Shown here: piece by piece, positions 57,878 to 64,000 of the stretch
How positions within the stretch are numbered: position 1 is the stretch's first letter
Layout: the number at the start of each line of letters is the position of its first letter
Source: an uncultured Rickettsiales bacterium
GTDB taxonomy: Bacteria; Myxococcota_A; UBA796; UBA9615; CAYRNR01
Direction: 5' to 3'
Length of the DNA stretch: 64,000 bases
NCBI GenBank assembly: GCA_964584075.1
Contig: CAZOYV010000002.1
Span: 3,769-67,768 of the forward strand
Position numbers and translations under genes: made by a program
The notes under the pieces: model-generated
The model's input: the letters and a program-made list of their open reading frames with translations, nothing else
The model's database searches: none
What the model was told of the DNA's origin: nothing

Positions 57878-60800
57878 GTCGTCCTCCTCGTCGCCATCCG
57901 CGCCAGGCCAGCCAGGCCGGTCAGCGGGACCTGGACCCAGTCGGGACGGTTGTTCAGCTCGTAGATCAGCTCGTACAGGGCCTTGTCCAGCAGTTGCGCG
58001 CGCAGCAGCCGCGCGCGCTCCGCGGGGTCCGGCGGGACCAGCCGGCTGCCCTCGACGAGCCGCAGGTAGGTGCCGAGGAAGGCGGCCCCGGCCCAGCGCT
58101 CCCACTCGTCGATCCAGCCCCGCGCGAGGGGCTCCTCTGCCAGCCCCCGCTGGACCAGCTCGCGCAGCCCCTCGTTGGCCGCGTAGCTCAGCGAGCGCAG
58201 CATGCCCGCGACGTCCTTGAGCGCCGGCTGCGGCTCGCCGCGCCGGACCAGCTCGCGCTGCGGCTCCCCCTCGAAGTCCAGCAGCACGAAGTCGTCCTCG
58301 GCGCGCAGCACCTGACCCAGGTGGTAGTCCCCGTGGCAGCGGATGCGCACGGCGTCGAAGCGTCGCCCGGACAGGTCCCGCAGCTCGGCGATCAGGTCGC
58401 CGCCGGCGGCGAGGACCTCGTCGGCCAGCCCGCCGCTGCCCTCGGGCAGCCCCCCGCGGGCGGCCTCGAGCAGCGCCAGCGCGTGCTGGGCCTGCGCGAC
58501 CATCTCGCCGGCCATCGATCCGGTGAAGTGCTCGTCGAGGGGCCGCGGGCGGAAGGCGGCGAGGCGCTGCTCCCCGGCCATCGCCAGGTGCAGCTCGGCG
58601 GTGCGCCGGGCCAGCACCTGCAGCGCCTGCACGCTGCCCGCCATCGTCTCCGGCGGCTCCCCCCCGGGGGTCGCCTCGCCGGCGATCCCCGGAAGCGAAC
58701 GGCCCGGATCGGGGTCCACCGCCTCGTGGCCCTGGCGCGCGCACTCCTCGAGGTGGTGCCGGATCGTGCCCAGCACGTAGCTCCAGCCGTCGCCCTGGTT
58801 GGGCACGAAGGCCTGCAGCATCGCCAGCGTGGACGGCTCCTCCCCGGCGGCGCGGCGGTACTCCATGCCTCCGGCCACCGGGGCCAGCGCGTCGAACGCG
58901 GTGCGCTCGGTGAGGAAGCGGCCGATCTCCAGGTCGGGGTTGGGGCCGGCCTCCACCACGCGGAAAGCCTTGAGCACGAAGCGGTCGCCGAGGATCATCG
59001 AGGTGTTGCTCTGCTCGGCCCGCAGGGGCCGGATGGTCAGCTGCCCGGCCTCGTCGGCCTGCTCCTCGCCCAGCGCGCGGGTGGGGAAGAACCGCACCTC
59101 GCCGCCCGCCGGGGTCGCGAACCGCCGGCCGTCGGCGAACGCCCGGAACAGGGCCACGCACGAGGTCCGGTCGGCCAGCGCGTCGCAGATCACGCCCTCG
59201 CCGCGGGGCGTGCGGAGGTGGGCCATCACCGCCCCGGGGATGGTGCGGGCCAGCCGCCGGGCCGCGTCGCCCATCGCCACGAGCAGCGGCACCGAGTAGG
59301 TCTCCGCCCCACCGTCGTCGTACTCGGCCCGGGCCAGGACCTGGTAGAAGCCCGCGCCGAGCTTGCACCAGTCCTCCACCTCGACGCGGGCCAGCCCGCG
59401 GGCCTTGCCGCGGAACCAGCGCTGGCGGGGTAGGTACGCGGGCAGGACCGTGTCGCCGAGCGCGCGGCGGGCCTCGTCGGGCACCAGCACGCGCCACTCG
59501 CGGGACAGCTCGACGCGGGGGACCGCCGGGTCCGCCCCGCGGTCCCCCGGCTCGCCGGCGCCCACCGGCTCGGGCTGGGGGTCGAGGTGGAACCAGCAGA
59601 AGCTGTGCGGGCCGAGGCTCAGGAAGAACGGCTGGTCGCCGAGGGTGGGGAACTCGGCGCGGCCGATCATCTCCACCGGGGTCAGCCCGGCGTGCTCCCG
59701 CAGGTCGAGCTCCACCGGCTGGACGTAGCGCGAGAGGTTGGCCACCACGAGGATCACCTCGCCGCGGTAGCGCCGCAGGTAGGCCAGCACCGCGCGGTTC
59801 TCCGGGTGCAGCACCTCCAGCGTCCCCCGCCCGAAGGCCTTGTGCTGGCGCCGCAGCCCCAGCATCCGGCGCATGAAGTGCAGCAGCGACGAGGGGTTGC
59901 GCTGCTGGGCCTCGACGTTGATCGCGGTGTAGCCGTAGACCGGGTCCATGATCACCGGCAGGTACAGCTGCGCGGGGTCCGCCGAGGAGAACCCCGCGTT
60001 GCGGTCGGGCGACCACTGCATCGGGGTGCGCACGCCGTCGCGGTCTCCGAGGTAGATGTTGTCCCCCATGCCGATCTCGTCGCCGTAGTAGATGATGGGG
60101 GTGCCGGGCAGCGAGAACAGCAGGCTGTTGAGCAGCTCGATGCGACGCATGCTGTCGTCCATCAGCGGCGCCAGGCGGCGGCGGATGCCCACGTTGAGGC
60201 GCATCCGTGGATCGGTCCCGTACTCGCGATACATGTAATCGCGCTCGGCGTCGGTGACCATCTCCAGGGTCAGCTCGTCGTGGTTGCGCAGGAACAGCGC
60301 CCACTGGCAAGCGGGCGGGATCTCCGGGGTGGCGGCGAGGATCTCGGTGATCGGGTGGCGGTCCTCCTGGCGCAGCGCCATGAAGATCCGAGGCATCAGC
60401 GGGAAGTGGAACGCCATGTGGGTCTGATCGCCGTCGCCGAAGTAGGGACGCACGTCCTCGGGCCACTGGTTGGCCTCGGCGAGCAGCATCTTGTCGTCGT
60501 AGCGCTCGTCGACCGCGCGGCGGAAGCGGCGGATCACGTCGTGGGTCTCGGGCAGGTTCTCGTTGCTGGTGCCGTCGCGCACGCACAGGTAGGGCACGGC
60601 GTCGAGGCGCATCCCGTCGACCCCCATGTCGAACCAGTAGCGCATCACGCGGATGACCTCGCGCACCACGCGGGGGTTGTTGTGGTTCAGGTCGGGCTGG
60701 TGGGAGAAGAACCGGTGCCAGTAGTAGGCCCCGGCCACCGGGTCCCAGGTCCAGTTGGAGCTCTCGGAGTCGGTGAAGATGATGCGCGTCTCGGGGAAGC

Positions 60801-61218
60801 GGCGGTCGTCGTCGCTCCACACGTACATCTCGCGGCGGGCCGAGCCGGGCCGGGCGCGGCGGGCCGCCTGGAACCAGGGGTGCTGGTCCGAGGTGTGGTT
60901 GACCACCAGCTCGGTGATCACCCGCAGCCCGCGGCGATGGGCCTCGCGGATCAGGGCCTTGAAGTCGCGCCGTGTCCCGTAGGCGGGGTGGATGCCGCGG
61001 AAGTCGGCGATGTCGTAGCCGTCGTCCCGCATCGGGGAGGGATAGAACGGGAGCAGCCAGATGGCGGTGATCCCCAGGTCCTGGAGGTAGTCCAGCTTCT
61101 CCATCAGCCCGCGGAAGTCGCCGACACCGTCGCCGTCGCTGTCGCGGAAGGCCTTGACGTGCAGCTCGTAGATGACGGCGTCCTTGTACCAGTGCGTCGG
61201 CGTGTCGTGCGCGCCCAT
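57874..61218 (-). CDS. treS: Trehalose synthase fused to maltokinase (TreS-Pep2/Mak fusion).
   Basis: N-terminal GH13 TreS ([26 protein letters not shown]) followed by a C-terminal maltokinase-like kinase domain (..[21 protein letters not shown]). 1114 aa. Its stop overlaps the glgB start as ATGA. Confidence 0.85.
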   Translation of the reverse strand: MGAHDTPTHWYKDAVIYELHVKAFRDSDGDGVGDFRGLMEKLDYLQDLGITAIWLLPFYPSPMRDDGYDIADFRGIHPAYGTRRDFKALIREAHRRGLRVITELVVNHTSDQHPWFQAARRARPGSARREMYVWSDDDRRFPETRIIFTDSESSNWTWDPVAGAYYWHRFFSHQPDLNHNNPRVVREVIRVMRYWFDMGVDGMRLDAVPYLCVRDGTSNENLPETHDVIRRFRRAVDERYDDKMLLAEANQWPEDVRPYFGDGDQTHMAFHFPLMPRIFMALRQEDRHPITEILAATPEIPPACQWALFLRNHDELTLEMVTDAERDYMYREYGTDPRMRLNVGIRRRLAPLMDDSMRRIELLNSLLFSLPGTPIIYYGDEIGMGDNIYLGDRDGVRTPMQWSPDRNAGFSSADPAQLYLPVIMDPVYGYTAINVEAQQRNPSSLLHFMRRMLGLRRQHKAFGRGTLEVLHPENRAVLAYLRRYRGEVILVVANLSRYVQPVELDLREHAGLTPVEMIGRAEFPTLGDQPFFLSLGPHSFCWFHLDPQPEPVGAGEPGDRGADPAVPRVELSREWRVLVPDEARRALGDTVLPAYLPRQRWFRGKARGLARVEVEDWCKLGAGFYQVLARAEYDDGGAETYSVPLLVAMGDAARRLARTIPGAVMAHLRTPRGEGVICDALADRTSCVALFRAFADGRRFATPAGGEVRFFPTRALGEEQADEAGQLTIRPLRAEQSNTSMILGDRFVLKAFRVVEAGPNPDLEIGRFLTERTAFDALAPVAGGMEYRRAAGEEPSTLAMLQAFVPNQGDGWSYVLGTIRHHLEECARQGHEAVDPDPGRSLPGIAGEATPGGEPPETMAGSVQALQVLARRTAELHLAMAGEQRLAAFRPRPLDEHFTGSMAGEMVAQAQHALALLEAARGGLPEGSGGLADEVLAAGGDLIAELRDLSGRRFDAVRIRCHGDYHLGQVLRAEDDFVLLDFEGEPQRELVRRGEPQPALKDVAGMLRSLSYAANEGLRELVQRGLAEEPLARGWIDEWERWAGAAFLGTYLRLVEGSRLVPPDPAERARLLRAQLLDKALYELIYELNNRPDWVQVPLTGLAGLARMATRRTT

Positions 61219-61252
61219 GCCGTGACCTCCCGTCTCCTCCCGATCCCTCCAG

Positions 61253-63268
61253 TTACATGTAATAATCGAAGTCCCGCTCGGTGCGCACGCGGCGGCGAAC
61301 CCGGTAGACCTGCGCCGGCATCGATCGGGGGTCGATCTCGACGTAGTTCCGGGAGCCCTGCCACAGGTAGCGCCCCTCGCCGATCAGGTCGTGGACCTGG
61401 AAGCTGTCGTGGGGCGACAGGTCCAGCAGGGTCAGCGGGACCTCGACCCACCCCGACTGGGTGTGGTGGGGGTCGAGGTTGACCACCACGAGCACGATGC
61501 TGGAGAGGTCCTCGGTGACCTTGCTGTAGAACAGCAGCAGATCGTTGTCCACGGGGTGGAACCGCAGGGTGTCGTTGCGCTGCAGCGCCGGGTTGTCGCG
61601 GCGGATGCGGTTGATCCGCGTGATCAGCGGGGAGAGGTTGCCGGGGGCGTCGTAGTCGCGGTGGACGAGCTGGTACTTCTCCGACCCGGCGTACTCCTCG
61701 CGGCCGGGCAGCGCGTGGTCCTCGCACAGCTCGAAGCCGCTGTAGATCCCGTAGCTCGCCGACAGCGTGGCGGCCAGCACCAGCCGCGCCTGGAACCCCG
61801 GCCGCCCCGAGAGCTGCAGGTACTCGGGGAGGATGTCGGGGGTGTTGGTGAAGAGGTTGGGGCGGAAGAACTCCGACACCGGGGGGCGGGTCAGCTCCTC
61901 GAGGTAGCGCGTCAGCTCGCGACGCGTGTTGCGCCACGTGAAGTAGGTGTACGACTGGTCGAACCCGACCTTGGCCAGCGCGTACATCAGCCTGGGGCGG
62001 GTGAAGGCCTCGGAGAGGAACACCACGTCGGGGTGGCGCCGCCGCACCTCGGCGATCAGCCAGCGCCAGAACCGCAGGGGCTTGGTGTGGGGGTTGTCCA
62101 CGCGCAGCACGGTCACCCCGCGCTCGACCCAGAACAGCACCGTGGCCAGCAGCTCGCCCCACAGCCGGCGCCAGTCGTCGCACGCGAAGTCCAGCGGGAC
62201 GATGTCCTCGTACTGCTTGGGGGGGTTCTCGGCGTGGCGGATGCTGCCGTCGTGGCGCCGCACGAACCACTCCGGGTGCTCGCGGACCCAGGGGTGGTCG
62301 GGGGCGCACTGCAGCGCCAGATCGAGGGCCAGCTCCATCCCGTGCGCGCGGGTGGCGGCCACGAAGTGGTCCAGGTCATCCAGGGTGCCGAGGTCGGGGT
62401 GCACGGCGGTGTGGCCGCCCTCGTCGGAGCCGATCGCCCAGGGGCTGCCGGGATCGCCCGGGCCGGCCGTGAGGCTGTTGTCGGGCCCCTTGCGGTGGAC
62501 CCGCCCGATGGGGTGGATCGGGGGCAGGTACAGCACGTCGAAGCCCATCGCCGCGATGGCGGGGATGCGGTCCTCGGCGTCACGCAGGGTGCCGTGGCGG
62601 CCGGGCTCGGGGCCGTGGGAGCGGGGGAACATCTCGTACCACGCCCCGGTGCGGGCCCGCGGGCGGGCGACCTCGAGGCGCAGCTCGGGCTCGTGCTCGG
62701 TGGCTCGGGCGCGGTCGGGGTGGCGCGCGGCGAGCTCGGCCAGGTCGGGGGCCAGGGCGCGGGCGATCCGCTCGGACACGGGGGCGTCCCCGCGCAGCAC
62801 CGCGGCGATCTCCCGCAGGCGGGCGGCATCGTCACCGCCGGCGCGACCGGCGACGGCGTCCACCAGGGCGGCGCCGTCGATCAGCTCGCCGGCCACGTCC
62901 TGGCCCGCATCGCGCTTGACCGCCAGGGCCTCCTGCCAGGTGGCGAGGCGGTCGATCCAGGCGATCACGGTGAAGCGATGGAGGCGCCGGGCGGCGATCT
63001 CGAACGAGCCCTCCCAGCGGTCGTTCTCCACGCGACGCAGCGGCACCTCGCGGGGGGGCTCGTCGTCGCCGGTGCGGACGCGCGCCACGGCGGCGATCCG
63101 GTCGTGGCCGTCGGCGAGGATGTCGGCGCGCACCACCACCCGCTCGCCGACGACGCGCTTGGCGGGGTGGCGGCCGCCGTCGACGCTGGGCTGTACGTTC
63201 TCGATCCACACGCGGCGCGCGGTGCGGTCGGGGAGGTCGTCGGCGGGCCGATGGGGCGGGTTGCTCAT
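61253..63268 (-). CDS. glgE: Alpha-1,4-glucan:maltose-1-phosphate maltosyltransferase.
   Basis: Real start [11 protein letters not shown] is at 63268 with a GGAGGG RBS. GlgE features: N-terminal domain [22 protein letters not shown]13 catalytic motifs ([23 protein letters not shown]), C-terminal domain. The upstream 171 codons of ORF 61253..63781 were rejected. Confidence 0.85.
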   Translation of the reverse strand: MSNPPHRPADDLPDRTARRVWIENVQPSVDGGRHPAKRVVGERVVVRADILADGHDRIAAVARVRTGDDEPPREVPLRRVENDRWEGSFEIAARRLHRFTVIAWIDRLATWQEALAVKRDAGQDVAGELIDGAALVDAVAGRAGGDDAARLREIAAVLRGDAPVSERIARALAPDLAELAARHPDRARATEHEPELRLEVARPRARTGAWYEMFPRSHGPEPGRHGTLRDAEDRIPAIAAMGFDVLYLPPIHPIGRVHRKGPDNSLTAGPGDPGSPWAIGSDEGGHTAVHPDLGTLDDLDHFVAATRAHGMELALDLALQCAPDHPWVREHPEWFVRRHDGSIRHAENPPKQYEDIVPLDFACDDWRRLWGELLATVLFWVERGVTVLRVDNPHTKPLRFWRWLIAEVRRRHPDVVFLSEAFTRPRLMYALAKVGFDQSYTYFTWRNTRRELTRYLEELTRPPVSEFFRPNLFTNTPDILPEYLQLSGRPGFQARLVLAATLSASYGIYSGFELCEDHALPGREEYAGSEKYQLVHRDYDAPGNLSPLITRINRIRRDNPALQRNDTLRFHPVDNDLLLFYSKVTEDLSSIVLVVVNLDPHHTQSGWVEVPLTLLDLSPHDSFQVHDLIGEGRYLWQGSRNYVEIDPRSMPAQVYRVRRRVRTERDFDYYM

Positions 63269-64000
63269 GGTCCCTCCGGGGCGCGGCGGGCGGCGGCGAC
63301 GGTGGCGTAGAGGTCCAGCGTGCGCCGGGCGACGGCCGCCCAGGTGAAGTGCTGCAGCACGCGCTCGCGGCCCCGACGGCCCATCCGCGCGCGGCGCCCG
63401 GGATCGGCGGCGAGGGCGTCGATGGCGCGGGCCAGGGCGCGGGCGAAGTCCCCGGGCTGCGCCGGCTCGGGATCGTCCGCCGCCGCCCGCTCGAGGGGCA
63501 CCAGCAGGCCCGTCTCCCCGGGCACCACCACGTCGGGGATGCCCCCCACCGCGCTGGCCACCACCGGCGTGGCGCAGGCCATCGCCTCGAGGTTGATGAT
63601 GCCGAACGGCTCGTACACCGAGGGGCAGCAGAACACCGCGGCGTGGGAGAACAGCTCGACGGCGGCCTCGCGGGGCAGCATCTCGCGGATCCACACCACC
63701 TCGCGTCCCCGGCGGCGCAGGGCGGCCACGCCCCGCGCGAGCTCGTCGGCCACGGCGGCGGTGTCCGGCGAGGCGGCGCACAGCACCGCGGCGAGCCCGG
63801 GGTCGGCGTGCTCCATCGCGCGCAGGAAGTGGCCGGCGCCCTTCTGGCGGCTGGCGCGGCCCAGGAACAGCACGAAGGGGCGGTCGGGGTCGACGCCGCG
63901 GGCCCGCAGCGCGGCGGTGCTCGCCACCGGGCGGAACGCGTCGGCGTCCACCCCGTTGGGGATCACGTGGACGCGACCGGGGTCCACCCCGGGCACGTGC
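63265..64000 (-). CDS. GT4-family glycosyltransferase, only the C-terminal domain visible (possible alpha-glucan/maltose-1-phosphate synthase, GlgA/GlgM-like). The 5' end lies beyond the window.
   Basis: GT4 C-terminal Rossmann motifs (FCCPSVYEPFGIINLEAMACATPVVASAVGGIPDVV, E..G). Its stop overlaps the glgE start as ATGA. The gene continues past position 64000. Confidence 0.6.
   Translation of the reverse strand, partial: HVPGVDPGRVHVIPNGVDADAFRPVASTAALRARGVDPDRPFVLFLGRASRQKGAGHFLRAMEHADPGLAAVLCAASPDTAAVADELARGVAALRRRGREVVWIREMLPREAAVELFSHAAVFCCPSVYEPFGIINLEAMACATPVVASAVGGIPDVVVPGETGLLVPLERAAADDPEPAQPGDFARALARAIDALAADPGRRARMGRRGRERVLQHFTWAAVARRTLDLYATVAAARRAPEGP

Noticed and set aside
55916-60820. 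A 1634-aa minus ORF fusing glgB with upstream sequence.
   Set aside because: Only the C-terminal 653 aa from MSEPQPAAG with a strong RBS is GlgB. The upstream part is the treS/pep2 region read in the wrong frame.

Overview
This 64 kb window is about 72% GC and densely coding, and most of the long six-frame ORFs are antisense or shadow artefacts of real genes. Several proteins carry MopE-like Cys/Asp repeats and the window holds an N-type ATPase operon, so my inference is a marine or halotolerant myxobacterium (Nannocystineae-like).

Gene content in order: (1) a housekeeping block — a partial NadD-like nucleotidyltransferase, an APH-family kinase, cysC, a pcm/CoA-binding/ferredoxin operon, a YceI-family protein, an SLC13-family transporter, DedA and sufCD. 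(2) A complete N-ATPase operon, atpD-C-Q-R-B-E-F-A-G, whose c subunit has a Na+-binding-type signature. (3) A type-I cellulose synthase operon (bcsR-like, bcsQ, bcsA, bcsB, bcsZ, bcsC) followed by a GH9 endoglucanase lipoprotein that contains a 289-bp near-perfect tandem duplication. (4) A parallel beta-helix lipoprotein whose stop overlaps the start of a sigma-70 family gene. (5) A respiratory nitrate reductase operon, narC-like dihaem cytochrome c, narG, narH, narJ, then a single ORF fusing NarI to a Rieske [2Fe-2S] protein, then cytochrome b6-type, a membrane monohaem cytochrome c and narK. (6) tamAB. (7) An alpha-glucan GlgE-pathway cluster: partial GT4, glgE, a treS-pep2 fusion and glgB.

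The most unusual element is the NarI::Rieske fusion with a co-transcribed bc-type module inside what is otherwise a cytoplasmic-type (nNar) operon. No tRNA, rRNA, CRISPR array or obvious mobile element was seen.
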